Counted from the stretch's first letter, positions 37,187 through 46,899 are shown. The stretch is 64,000 bases of DNA from a virus (IMGVR_UViG_3300032038_000048:22360-86359); one strand, 5' to 3'. The notes: a model not told the origin generated them from the sequence alone. Translations and numbers: made by a program.

Positions 37187-37882
37187 ATGAAAGAAGTAAA
37201 AGTTAAACTCTACAAGTTCGAGGAACTTTCTGATGAAGTCAGGAAGTCAATCATTGACAAAGAGCGTTGGAATGTCGGCTACGGTACTATGGATGGTTAC
37301 GCAAGCGATTACAAAGGTACGCTTAAAAAGTTTTCAGAACTGATGGGTGTCAAAGTCCACTATGAAGTTGACTATTGCGGCTATCATTTCTCTTTCGACT
37401 TTCAAAACGACTACGCCTTCGGAAACTATTGGCTCGACTATTGTATCTCTCACGAAGAATGTACTGGAAAACTTCTCAGGCGTTGGCTGAACAACAACTT
37501 TATGCCGTATGCACTTAACGCAAAGAAGTATTACAAGTACGATGCAGGCTACAACCGCGAGAAACACCGTTGGAACAAACAACGTTTCTCAAAGATTCAG
37601 CGTGAAAGTTGGGACAACTGCCCGCTAACTGGCATGTGTTACGACTATGAAGTAATGCAGCCGATAGTCGAAACTCTGGCGAAACCTATCAGCAAAAGTT
37701 TCTCTCTTAATGATTTGGTTGAAAAATGTCTTAACCAATTCTTCAGTGCATGGCACAAGGAGTATGAATATTGGTGCGACACGGATTCAGCCATCGAGGA
37801 ACAACTCACGGACAAGAACGAGGGAAGCCTTTTTTTCGAGGACGGAACGAAGTTTGACGGTATCTACGAAGATGCAGCCTAA
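37187..37882 (+). CDS. Hypothetical protein of the LYKFEELS family common in mobile elements
   Basis: MKEVKVKLYKFEELSDEVRKSII N-terminus; FFEDG C-terminus. Confidence 0.7.
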   Translation: MKEVKVKLYKFEELSDEVRKSIIDKERWNVGYGTMDGYASDYKGTLKKFSELMGVKVHYEVDYCGYHFSFDFQNDYAFGNYWLDYCISHEECTGKLLRRWLNNNFMPYALNAKKYYKYDAGYNREKHRWNKQRFSKIQRESWDNCPLTGMCYDYEVMQPIVETLAKPISKSFSLNDLVEKCLNQFFSAWHKEYEYWCDTDSAIEEQLTDKNEGSLFFEDGTKFDGIYEDAA

Positions 37883-37958
37883 CTAACTTTTGTGGAGGTG
37901 ACGCTCCACGAAAGTACGACTAATCAATAAATAATCATTTAATCAACAAAAAATCATT

Positions 37959-38525
37959 ATGGCTAAAAAGATTGCAGGTAAGGAAAGACCTTACGATTAC
38001 TATGAGTTTAAGTGCATCGTCGAGAAACTTGCTCGCGAGGCTTGTGTTCCAGCTATTGATGAACTTGATTACTTTGACTCTTGCAGGAATTACAATGCAA
38101 CGGAGTATGGAGTTATCGATCGTGACGATTACGAAATCTTTTCTCAGACACGTTACGGTAACTGTGAGGGCATCTACTCAGACTTTTACCTCAGATACGG
38201 CGACACTGAAAAGAGAGTAATGGTTGCAAAGAACCTTTCTCGTGACGATTTTACATTTGTCAAAATGCACATCTTTGCCGCTCAGATAGTTCTGATTGCA
38301 AACAAGTACATTGAAAAGAATCAGGATGAATTTAACTGGAGAGGTTTTGACATATCTTATCTCAAAGAAAGCGGGAAAATCATACCTTATATGTGGTGCG
38401 GAAAGATTGAGAACACAAATAAGTATGTTCAAGAACTTCTGGCAAAGGACGATGTAGAGAAAGTGTTTATCCGTGACAACGCAACTCGCAAAGTCACGGA
38501 ATGTCCAAAGAATAAGCAATCATAG
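37959..38525 (+). CDS. Hypothetical protein
   Basis: 188 aa after a hairpin element. Confidence 0.7.
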   Translation: MAKKIAGKERPYDYYEFKCIVEKLAREACVPAIDELDYFDSCRNYNATEYGVIDRDDYEIFSQTRYGNCEGIYSDFYLRYGDTEKRVMVAKNLSRDDFTFVKMHIFAAQIVLIANKYIEKNQDEFNWRGFDISYLKESGKIIPYMWCGKIENTNKYVQELLAKDDVEKVFIRDNATRKVTECPKNKQS

Positions 38526-38604
38526 TTTGCTAATTTTAGCGTGTGTTCGGGTGTAGTCATTGAAAGATGACTGCACCTTCTATCTTAACCAAAACTTTTC
38601 AATT

Positions 38605-38940
38605 ATGATTATCACAAGAGAAACAAAAGAGAGATTCGTTAAGATGCTCTCAAAGAAACAGATTGTAGTTGTCTGGCATAGACTTTCATCAAAGTCAAGC
38701 ACCAGGAACTATAAGTTTATCGGTATGCAGAATGGCATGAAGTGGGATTTTACCTACACTATCATTGAAGCTACGGGATGCAAAACAAACGGAGAAAGCG
38801 GTTTTTGTGTCGCTGCAAGAGACTGGAGTTCAGACTATCTCGTTGAGAAGACTTTGAAATCTTTCAAGGAAGAAGGCATCAAGGTTCCTAAAAATGTTTT
38901 CGAGAATGTTGACGATTATCTTGCACACTTCGGAATGTAA
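38605..38940 (+). CDS. Hypothetical protein
   Basis: Likely start MIITRE at 38605, within track ORF 38560. Confidence 0.65.
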   Translation: MIITRETKERFVKMLSKKQIVVVWHRLSSKSSTRNYKFIGMQNGMKWDFTYTIIEATGCKTNGESGFCVAARDWSSDYLVEKTLKSFKEEGIKVPKNVFENVDDYLAHFGM

Positions 38941-39002
38941 CTCTTTCGGTGGTTGTGAACCGAACTTCACAACCACTACGATAACTTTTAATACTTACAA
39001 TT

Positions 39003-39245
39003 ATGGCTATAATAAACAAAGAAATCATCACTAATCAGGTGAAGCGCATCAACGAGAAAGCGAAGACTGATTTGCGGCTCGGAAGAAAGAACGGAACTTG
39101 GTATCTTTACACATCAAGCAACGGAACAGAATTTCCTCCTTATCCTTTTAGTCGAGTGAACACGCACAGAACTTCCGCACAGATGATTGAGTATCTTGCA
39201 GGTTTGGAAGATGCCATCAACTACTTTCATAGGCAGAAGGTGTAA
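39003..39245 (+). CDS. Hypothetical protein
   Basis: 80 aa after a hairpin element. Confidence 0.65.
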   Translation: MAIINKEIITNQVKRINEKAKTDLRLGRKNGTWYLYTSSNGTEFPPYPFSRVNTHRTSAQMIEYLAGLEDAINYFHRQKV

Positions 39246-39284
39246 CAACCTCCTGTCTTTCCAAAACTTTTAATTCAAACAATT

Positions 39285-39402
39285 ATGGAAATTAGGAATT
39301 GATAAGCCAAGAGAATACACATTTGACAAAGAATCTTTCGATGCAGCAAACTCAATTAGCGAGTATGTTGAACTGATAAAGCAAAAAGGTCTATTATTAT
39401 GA
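39285..39402 (+). pseudogene. Possible frameshifted small ORF
   Basis: ATTATG GAA A TTA GGA...: frame 0 stops after 5 codons; the +1 frame reads LGIDKPREY...GLLL and ends in an ATGA overlap with 39399. Confidence 0.35.
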
Positions 39403-39695
39403 GTTGGAAACCATGCAGAGGAAGCGGAATCATGTTTGACGATGCTTTCAATCGGGAAATAAAGTATCGTAGTCTTTTGATTGACTACCAATACAAACCT
39501 GTCGGATTTATGCAACATTCCAAGACATATTATCATTGGCTGGTTGCAGAAAGAGATTTGCAAAAGTTCAACTTCCCAAGTTCAGCAAAGTCTCTTGAAC
39601 AACTCTACGGGCAGATGATACCACCATCTACCCTCAAGAGTCTTGAGCAGCACAAGCATCTTTGCTACAAACCACTGCAAAGACTTATGCCTTAG
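39399..39695 (+). CDS. Hypothetical protein
   Basis: 98 aa. Confidence 0.6.
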   Translation: MSWKPCRGSGIMFDDAFNREIKYRSLLIDYQYKPVGFMQHSKTYYHWLVAERDLQKFNFPSSAKSLEQLYGQMIPPSTLKSLEQHKHLCYKPLQRLMP

Positions 39696-39753
39696 TTCTA
39701 AAGAGTTGGGCTTAACACCCCAATTCTTTCCTATTCACCAAAATTCAATCATT

Positions 39754-40284
39754 ATGGAAAAGTATTTAAAAAGGCTATGCAAAGCAATTCTCGAAGACAG
39801 ATTCAACGACGAGAATTACAGAAGAAGAAATTCGTGGTACGGTCGTGAAATCGAGACACAGCCATTGTTCTGTTCCTATGGAACAACCGGATTCACTGTT
39901 TCGGTCTATGACTTGAACGGAAGTCATTTCTGTGATGTAGAATGGGATGGAGATTTAGGTAAACTCACGATTGATGAAGAACCGTGGAAAGACTACATCA
40001 ATGAACTCTATCTTGAAGACTTTGACATCACATCAAACGGCAACGGAGAACTTGAGTGCTATACTGATGCGGGCGAAGACATGATAATAACGCTTGACAA
40101 AGTACGGAAAAAGAATCTGCAAGAGTACATTGACAACTTCGACATCAACGAAAATGTTCTTATGTGGTGGCAGAACGGACAGCGTGGTAAAGGCGTGCCG
40201 TTCAACAATGTGAAAGAACATTACGAAGACTACGAAGCCTATCTGGAAAAGTTGCAAAAAGCATGTGAAAAAATGCCCTACTAA
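39754..40284 (+). CDS. Acidic hypothetical protein
   Basis: Likely start MEKYLK at 39754. Confidence 0.7.
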   Translation: MEKYLKRLCKAILEDRFNDENYRRRNSWYGREIETQPLFCSYGTTGFTVSVYDLNGSHFCDVEWDGDLGKLTIDEEPWKDYINELYLEDFDITSNGNGELECYTDAGEDMIITLDKVRKKNLQEYIDNFDINENVLMWWQNGQRGKGVPFNNVKEHYEDYEAYLEKLQKACEKMPY

Positions 40285-40345
40285 TCCACCAACTCCTTAC
40301 GCTATGAAAAACGTATGGAGTTCGATTAACTTAACATTTAAATAT

Positions 40346-40597
40346 ATGGGTACAATTCAAGAAACAGCAATGGACTTTATGCACAGAAATGAACATAATT
40401 TCTATGCGATTGGTCTGAAAGTAAGACTACGCATTTTCGGCAACGAAATTGACATTGAAAGCATTTGGTATTCAGACAAGGAAGACAAGATTTACATTCA
40501 CGTCTGCTGCTTTGAATTTGAAGGAGATTTGGATATAGATTCTCTTTCTTGCGAAAACAAATCTATCCTCCAAAAAGCAATGGAGTCAAAGATTTAA
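40346..40597 (+). CDS. Hypothetical protein
   Basis: Likely start MGTIQ at 40346. Confidence 0.6.
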   Translation: MGTIQETAMDFMHRNEHNFYAIGLKVRLRIFGNEIDIESIWYSDKEDKIYIHVCCFEFEGDLDIDSLSCENKSILQKAMESKI

Positions 40598-40664
40598 CCC
40601 AACCCATCAACTCCCTACGTCCTGACCAACGTAGAGAGTACGATAAATTCTAAATCTTACAATT

Positions 40665-40844
40665 ATGAACAACTATCAGAAAAGGAAAGAAACTGCCCGT
40701 CAGAAAGCCATCGACTGGCAGTCAGAAGCAAGCGAACAGAATTTGTCCTACGGAGAACTTGCAGAAATCGGAAACTTCTTCTACAAGCTCGGAAAGCGTT
40801 TCGGACTTCTCAGAGAGTTCCGAGAGAACGCTATTCCCTGCTGA
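40665..40844 (+). CDS. 59-aa hypothetical protein
   Basis: MNNYQKRKETARQKAIDWQ...GKRFGLLREFRENAIPC; ATTATG start; below track cutoff. Confidence 0.7.
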   Translation: MNNYQKRKETARQKAIDWQSEASEQNLSYGELAEIGNFFYKLGKRFGLLREFRENAIPC

Positions 40845-40913
40845 CACTCTCTTGGTAAGTACGATTTATCCCGTACTTGCCTCCATAATGTCTAACTCTA
40901 AAATTCAGTTATT

Positions 40914-41651
40914 ATGGAAAGAAAAGATTATGCAGACAAGTTTCGTGACATCAAGAACGAAATTCTAAACGAAATCCGTGAGCTCGTTCCAAGAGACAGC
41001 GCACACCATTTCAGTGAAAATTTCTACGTCCACTACATTGAGGGCGAAGTTGCGACAACAGAGATTTGTTCAGCCGTTGAAGTATGGAGTGATGGTATGG
41101 TGGCGTTCATCGTACATCGTGACACAACCGCGAAAGATGAAGTCATTGAGGGTGAAACGGTGTTCGGTTACGACTCCGATTCATTCCTTGACATTCTCGA
41201 CCACTTGAAGAAAGACATTCGGGAAAAGAAACTTTCGCACCTGCGAGAAATCGTTAAGAAACATGAAGGGAGTGTCGATTTTGACGGAACTTTCGACTTC
41301 ATCATTCATAATAGTGGTGACGATTATATCTGCCAACTGACTGCGCTCCGAATTGCAAAAGACGGAAAGCTCGAAGTTGACGACATCTGCGATGGCGACA
41401 AGTTCACGAATCCAGAGGAGGAACTTTCTGACAAAGACCTCGACAAACTCATTGCCTATGTTGAAAGTAAGACCAAACGAAAGTTTGTGGTTCGCGTGTC
41501 CGGCTCGTTCTCTCGCACATTCGACATCGAAGCATCCACCTATGAGGAAGCATTGGAGTTTGCAAAAACAGAATGGAAAGAAGATGCACCTCTTTGTCCT
41601 GATGATTCCAACGGTGAAGATTGGGAAGATTACACCTCGGTTGCTCACTAA
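40914..41651 (+). CDS. Acidic hypothetical protein with C-terminal DpnD/PcfM-like segment
   Basis: C-terminal FVVRVSGSFSRTFDIEASTYEEALE. Confidence 0.65.
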   Translation: MERKDYADKFRDIKNEILNEIRELVPRDSAHHFSENFYVHYIEGEVATTEICSAVEVWSDGMVAFIVHRDTTAKDEVIEGETVFGYDSDSFLDILDHLKKDIREKKLSHLREIVKKHEGSVDFDGTFDFIIHNSGDDYICQLTALRIAKDGKLEVDDICDGDKFTNPEEELSDKDLDKLIAYVESKTKRKFVVRVSGSFSRTFDIEASTYEEALEFAKTEWKEDAPLCPDDSNGEDWEDYTSVAH

Positions 41652-41723
41652 ACTCTCACTCAGACCATTTTCGTACAACCACGAAGATGGTCACTATTTT
41701 TTAACCAATAAACATTTTCAATT

Positions 41724-42431
41724 ATGACTATCGCATTTTATAAAGTTGACAACTCGCTCAACTATGAGAGACATGAGTTTGATGCCGACAGACCTGAGAC
41801 CATCATCGAGAAATTGCAGAGACTTCCAGACGAAGAAGTGAAGTTCTACAATGCCGACCGATATAATTGGCGGTCGAAACAACCTACACTTGCTGACTTT
41901 GAGGCAGACTACAATGACGAAGTACTTGACGGAGGTTGGTGGTGTATCATCATCAACGACCAGCCAAAAGAAGAAAAGAAGCAGACTCTCGAAAAAATGG
42001 TTTCCAAACATGCCTACGATGAGATTGTTTCAAAGGTGAAAGTGCAAGTCGGTGAGGAATCTTTCGACTACATCTTCCCTGCTGTAAAGAAAGCCCTCGA
42101 AGAGGGTTCCGGCAAAGTCCGCGAGGAAATCCTTATCAACTGGCTCAACTGCGACTCCATGAGAGTTTGTACATATTGCGGCAAAATCATGGAAGAAGGA
42201 TGGTATCTGAATTGCAACGGCTACGCCTGCTCTGACGAATGTGCTGCTGAAAGCGAGGGTATCACGATGGAACAGTTTAAAAAATGGCGTATCTACAAAG
42301 ATGATATTGTCTCATATCTCGAAGATGAGAACGAAGGTCGAAAGATTGAAGACCTCACAAAAGAAGAATGTGACGAAATCATTGACGAGATTGCCGACGA
42401 TCTCGACTACTATTACACAGAGTGGTACTAA
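41724..42431 (+). CDS. Hypothetical protein with Zn-binding-like motif
   Basis: RVCTYCG...YACSDEC. Confidence 0.7.
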   Translation: MTIAFYKVDNSLNYERHEFDADRPETIIEKLQRLPDEEVKFYNADRYNWRSKQPTLADFEADYNDEVLDGGWWCIIINDQPKEEKKQTLEKMVSKHAYDEIVSKVKVQVGEESFDYIFPAVKKALEEGSGKVREEILINWLNCDSMRVCTYCGKIMEEGWYLNCNGYACSDECAAESEGITMEQFKKWRIYKDDIVSYLEDENEGRKIEDLTKEECDEIIDEIADDLDYYYTEWY

Positions 42432-42503
42432 ACTTTATCTGTGAGCAGTTTTGCGACTGCTTGCAGAACAGTACACCAAATATTAACTCAAAAAACTCAA
42501 ATT

Positions 42504-42650
42504 ATGACTGCTTACACCAAACAAATTGAAGCCTTAAAACAGGCTATTCCCCTTTGCAGAGAGGGAGGACTTGAAAGTGTTATTCCGTACATCACCCATC
42601 AAATAAGATGGATGGTAGAGAATGACTATGAACTCGGACCTATCAAATAA
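42504..42650 (+). CDS. Small hypothetical protein
   Basis: Likely start MTAYTKQ (ATTATG), within track ORF 42441. Confidence 0.5.
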   Translation: MTAYTKQIEALKQAIPLCREGGLESVIPYITHQIRWMVENDYELGPIK

Positions 42651-42733
42651 GATAGAGCCGCAACTCCGCGAATTATGTTACCCTGAATAATATCGAGGTA
42701 GCATACAAATGTTTCACTTAAAATACAATCGTT

Positions 42734-42949
42734 ATGGAAATCAAAACAAAAAGCGGAATTGAAGTAGTCAACAAGAAAACTGCCTACGGAAAGTGGGTAA
42801 TTGGCTACACGCAGACAGATGCGTGGTCTGGGTGGTACACAATATCTCAAATCTGGGATAAATACAAGACCAGAAACCAGATGGATGTTCGTGGAAAGCG
42901 TGGGGAGAAATTTGCGGGAAGTTCTTTCACAAGTAAAAAGGCGGAGTAA
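42734..42949 (+). CDS. Hypothetical protein
   Basis: 71 aa. Confidence 0.6.
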   Translation: MEIKTKSGIEVVNKKTAYGKWVIGYTQTDAWSGWYTISQIWDKYKTRNQMDVRGKRGEKFAGSSFTSKKAE

Positions 42950-43134
42950 AACCCCGCCGTAAATCCTCGCATTGCTGCGACATCTACAAAAGTAGAAATT
43001 GAGCTATTAAGTTCGTTTCAATCCACAAGCCCTTTCGGAACTTGACAGGTGCAAATATAAAGAGAAATCTTCTTTGCACCACAATACTCAATAAAATTAT
43101 AACATTTAATAACAATTTTTTCTTTACAAATTCT

Positions 43135-43350
43135 ATGATAAAACCTTATTATCCGCCCTCATGGTGTAAGCCTGGGGCAAGGTTTATGATTAAAAGTGCC
43201 ATATTTGGCACTATTATCGCAGTGGTGACAGATGTGTCACAGTACGCATTTTCCTACACTCACGAAAACTGCTTTGGAAGGTATTACTGCTCTATACGCA
43301 ACGATACCGCATATAAGTTGGCGTGTTTGGGTGAGATAAGGAAAGTCTGA
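43135..43350 (+). CDS. Hypothetical protein
   Basis: Likely start MIKPYYP at 43135. Confidence 0.5.
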   Translation: MIKPYYPPSWCKPGARFMIKSAIFGTIIAVVTDVSQYAFSYTHENCFGRYYCSIRNDTAYKLACLGEIRKV

Positions 43351-43439
43351 AAATAAATCAGAGCGGGTAGGAATATCGGCTCTGACACACAAAAATCTTA
43401 TTTATTTTACCTAACTTTGTAAACCCAAAATTATGAATT

Positions 43440-43769
43440 ATGAAAAAAGAAGAAGCACTGCTTATTCCTGAACTGTGCATTGACGTTACTCCAGCCGTAG
43501 AGGATGCTTTCTATGCTTTCAGAGAGATAGAAAGCGCAAAACTAGACCAGCGTCTTGCTGAACTGCCAGACGATTATGTGGGGGGCGATGAGGTTGCAGA
43601 CCGGCTTATGAAAGAGTTTGAAAAGAACATCGCTCATGCAGACGCAGCGAGGGAACGGCTAAGAAAACTCCCTGTAAAAGAGCAGCACGAAGCGATGCTA
43701 ACGGCTTTTCAGATGATAGAAAATATCGAAAAGTACGGTGTTCCATGTGTTCAGTGGTGTGATGAATAA
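43440..43769 (+). CDS. Hypothetical protein
   Basis: 109 aa helical. Confidence 0.7.
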   Translation: MKKEEALLIPELCIDVTPAVEDAFYAFREIESAKLDQRLAELPDDYVGGDEVADRLMKEFEKNIAHADAARERLRKLPVKEQHEAMLTAFQMIENIEKYGVPCVQWCDE

Positions 43770-43831
43770 ACACCAGACCTCAAAAGAATGATAGTCTTTT
43801 GGGGTTGCTTTAATCTAAAACTCAAAAAATT

Positions 43832-45079
43832 ATGGAAGAAAGAAGAAGAATTATTGGAAAACTACTGTATTCCTTCGGAATACCTTACGAGGATTTAAGG
43901 GGAATAGAGGGCGCAACCGTTACTCTGTTTAAGTTCAAACCTCGGATAGGGGTGCGTATTTCAAAGATACGCAACCTAAAAGACGAGTTCGCGGTGGCTC
44001 TCGGCTTGCAGTCTGTACGCATTATTGCACCGATGGCAGACGGAAGCGTTGGTATTGAAGTGCCTAACAAAGAAAGGAAAATACTTCATAGTGAAGATGT
44101 GTTTAACTCGTGGGAGTACATCAATACACCTATGAAACTTCCTCTCGCGCTGGGAAAGACTGTAAAAGGAGAGATATTTATGGCTGACCTTACTGAGATG
44201 CCACACCTGCTTGTAGCAGGTGCCACAGGGCAAGGTAAATCAGTTGGTCTGAATGTTATCATTGCATCGCTGCTTAACAAACTTTCTCCAGAGGAAATGA
44301 GACTTGTCCTCATAGACCCGAAGCAGGTTGAATTTGGGGTTTACTCCGAACTAGAACAGTCTTACCTTGTCACACCTGTTATTACGGAAATGGAAGAAGC
44401 CAGTAGGATATTGAAATCACTGTGCGAGTTGATGGAAGAGCGTTACTCTATGCTCCGCGAGAAGTGCGTCAGAAACATTAGCGAATATAATACTTTGCTA
44501 TCCGTTGAGAAGATGCCGTATATCGTCACCGTCATAGATGAGTATGGCGATCTCGTGATGCAGCGTGGAGGGCGCGAAATAGAATATTCTATCTGCCGTA
44601 TCGCACAGAAAGCGCGTGCAGTTGGTATTCACATGGTGATAGCCACTCAGCGACCTGACACAAAGATTATCACCGGCACAATCAAAGCGAACTTTCCTAC
44701 CCGTATTTCTTTCCGTACCACCACAGGTACTGACAGTCGTGTGGTCTTAGACCAGATGGGAGCAGAGAAGCTTACTGGCAAGGGTGATATGCTCTACTTT
44801 TCTGGAGCAGAAACTACTCGTGTACAGTGCGCCTACACCGACATCTCGGAAACAAAAGGACTGTGTGAGCGTATGCGTACAAAGTACCCCTTTGTTGCTA
44901 AACTGGAGTTGCCTCAAACCTCCATACAAATCCCTGTGTCGCGTGGAGGTGTAAGTCAGGAAGAATGGCAATTCCTGCAAGAAGAGCGACTTCGCATCCT
45001 TAAAAGACATGAAGAAGAATGGAAGCCGAAAATCCTTGCTGCCGAAGCCGAAAGGAAGAAAAGGGAAGGTGGCTGTTAA
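43832..45079 (+). CDS. FtsK/SpoIIIE-family DNA translocase, motor domain only
   Basis: PHLLVAGATGQGKS, IDPKQVE, VIDEYGD, ARAVGIHMVIATQRP, GAEKLTGKGDML; no TM region, no obvious gamma domain. Confidence 0.92.
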   Translation: MEERRRIIGKLLYSFGIPYEDLRGIEGATVTLFKFKPRIGVRISKIRNLKDEFAVALGLQSVRIIAPMADGSVGIEVPNKERKILHSEDVFNSWEYINTPMKLPLALGKTVKGEIFMADLTEMPHLLVAGATGQGKSVGLNVIIASLLNKLSPEEMRLVLIDPKQVEFGVYSELEQSYLVTPVITEMEEASRILKSLCELMEERYSMLREKCVRNISEYNTLLSVEKMPYIVTVIDEYGDLVMQRGGREIEYSICRIAQKARAVGIHMVIATQRPDTKIITGTIKANFPTRISFRTTTGTDSRVVLDQMGAEKLTGKGDMLYFSGAETTRVQCAYTDISETKGLCERMRTKYPFVAKLELPQTSIQIPVSRGGVSQEEWQFLQEERLRILKRHEEEWKPKILAAEAERKKREGGC

Positions 45080-45122
45080 TTCAGTCACCTTCTTCATTTA
45101 ATAACCAAAAAAAACATCAATT

Positions 45123-45974
45123 ATGACAGAAGTATTATCATTTGAACAAGAGTTTACACGCCGTCAGCCTGGACGCGTACAAATCATACGTTTTATGCGA
45201 GAGGCGATTGGTGTGAATGAAGTAGAGTGGTCTGATCTTACGCGTATCAATTTGATAAGCGTAGCAGACTATATTAAAGACCGTGTGTCGGCAAACACAG
45301 CGGTTGTATATTTTGCTGTTCTAAAGGCGTTTCTCGGCACTTTTACGGATGAAGGTATAATCCCTTGCTCCGACCCGAAAAACGCGCTTAAAGCGAAAAA
45401 AGCACCACAACAAAACGTAGCCTTGACCGAAGATGAAATGAACCGTATCGTAGAGTACTACAAAAAAGAATACCGCAATGCCAGTACAGCAGAAAGGAAT
45501 GTGCTGACACTGTTCCTTATTGAGTGTTTCTGCGGTGCGCGTTCATGTGACGTGGAAGTAATTACACCTGCGAACATTACAGGCGGAAGACTGATATATG
45601 TATCAAAAAAGACAAAGGTTCTGGCGCAGGTGCCAGCACACAAAATGCTACCGATGCTCTTAAAAAGGAAACCTCACTGTGAGTATTCAACAATGACAAA
45701 AAACCGCATAATCAAAAGCGTGGCAAAGAAATGTGGAATAACCACACCAATCACGATATATTATCGCGGAAAAATGCAGACAAGGCCGAAGTACGAATAC
45801 TTAGGTACACACACTGCAAGAAGAACCTTTGCAAGCATACTGGCCGCAAAAGGTGTTCCTATAATGGAAATATCACAATATATGGGACATACAAATATTT
45901 CCATGACCGAGCATTACATCAAAGTAGATACCCAGAACGCTTCACCAGAAGCAATGAAGTTTTTTGGAAGATAA
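45123..45974 (+). CDS. Tyrosine recombinase without arm-binding domain (Xer/Cre-like)
   Basis: Full catalytic set: CGARSCD (R), SKKT (K), THTARR (HxxR), MGHTN, EHY. Confidence 0.88.
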   Translation: MTEVLSFEQEFTRRQPGRVQIIRFMREAIGVNEVEWSDLTRINLISVADYIKDRVSANTAVVYFAVLKAFLGTFTDEGIIPCSDPKNALKAKKAPQQNVALTEDEMNRIVEYYKKEYRNASTAERNVLTLFLIECFCGARSCDVEVITPANITGGRLIYVSKKTKVLAQVPAHKMLPMLLKRKPHCEYSTMTKNRIIKSVAKKCGITTPITIYYRGKMQTRPKYEYLGTHTARRTFASILAAKGVPIMEISQYMGHTNISMTEHYIKVDTQNASPEAMKFFGR

Positions 45975-45981
45975 CCAGAAG

Positions 45982-46009
45982 GTGCCACTTTGTTAACTCA
46001 GAGTGACAC
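45982..46009. terminator. Hairpin between convergent operons
   Basis: GTGCCACTTTG-TTAACT-CAGAGTGACAC. Confidence 0.4.
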
Positions 46010-46899
46010 TACATTTTTATCGGTGGAATAATCACGCGCCACTGATTAGGATGCCTTCTATAACCATTAGTGTACCAGTTGTTGTATATTGTAGCCATCC
46101 TATTACATCCTTTTGGATTTATTCTTGCCATTTGCTGCCACCCTAACGCAGCGTAGAATAAATCACAATCCCTCTTAAATCCAAACAAACTCACAGCCTT
46201 ATCCGTATCTTTTAGCCTCTTGTAATCGGGGAACCAGACCCTTAGAAACCTGCAAACCTCCTTAATCAAGGGACAACGAAGGGTCGATGGTTCGCAATCC
46301 CAGACCTTCCGACCGATGCCACCCGACGTACACAGAGCCATCATTAAAAACCTGAAACGCTCATCATTATCATTTATATCAAGCAAATAGCAAAATCTCT
46401 CGTGGCCAAGAGCCTTGTATTTCTCGCAAAGTGTATAAAATCGCGTGCCACCCTTTGTCAGGTTGTAAATCTTGTCGTATAATTGTGATATTTTCAGGTA
46501 GGTGCATTTGCTATAGCCTACAAGCGTATTATCCTGCTCTCTGCCGACCGAGAGGTACGTGAACATTCTGTCTTTTAACCACTGCGCAGGATGCTCGCCG
46601 ATGATAGAACGCATATCCTGCACTTGCTCATATACATTATTGTCTGCGCTCATTAGTAAGGTGCTGAAAAGCGCAAGTTCTCTATCGTGCGGGTCCTGAT
46701 AATAATCTCCTATCATCAAAGGCAGCAGAGGTATTTCTCCAACTATCTTGAATTGTTCGGCTATCTTATGTAGCCACGGAAGAAGATGTTTCTCTGCATA
46801 AAAAGTGAAATAACGGGAGATCGTCTTGACCTTCTGTATCGCCCTCTTTTGCTTTAAGATAGCCCCTTCTAAACTCTCCTTGTCAATCATATCGCTCAA
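46009..46899 (-). CDS. Hypothetical protein, possibly a distant DUF2400/HhH-like homologue
   Basis: YQDPHDRELALF and LRCPLIKEVCRF loosely resemble that family. Confidence 0.5.
   Translation of the reverse strand: MSDMIDKESLEGAILKQKRAIQKVKTISRYFTFYAEKHLLPWLHKIAEQFKIVGEIPLLPLMIGDYYQDPHDRELALFSTLLMSADNNVYEQVQDMRSIIGEHPAQWLKDRMFTYLSVGREQDNTLVGYSKCTYLKISQLYDKIYNLTKGGTRFYTLCEKYKALGHERFCYLLDINDNDERFRFLMMALCTSGGIGRKVWDCEPSTLRCPLIKEVCRFLRVWFPDYKRLKDTDKAVSLFGFKRDCDLFYAALGWQQMARINPKGCNRMATIYNNWYTNGYRRHPNQWRVIIPPIKM

Larger units (their letters stand above)
30835..40883 (+). repeat. Dispersed intergenic ACT-stem-loop-AGT-ACGA elements (about 8-10 copies)
   Basis: Copies at about 30835, 31845, 35571, 35979, 36529, 37080, 37886, 38949, 40610 and 40856; variable stem, conserved base and 3' TACGA-like tail. 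Confidence 0.7.

Noticed and set aside
30835-43810. Canonical integron with attC sites
   Set aside because: A few stops fit RYYYAAC, but no matching GTTRRRY ends are seen, and I could not recognise an IntI-specific insertion in the recombinase. Kept only as an analogy.
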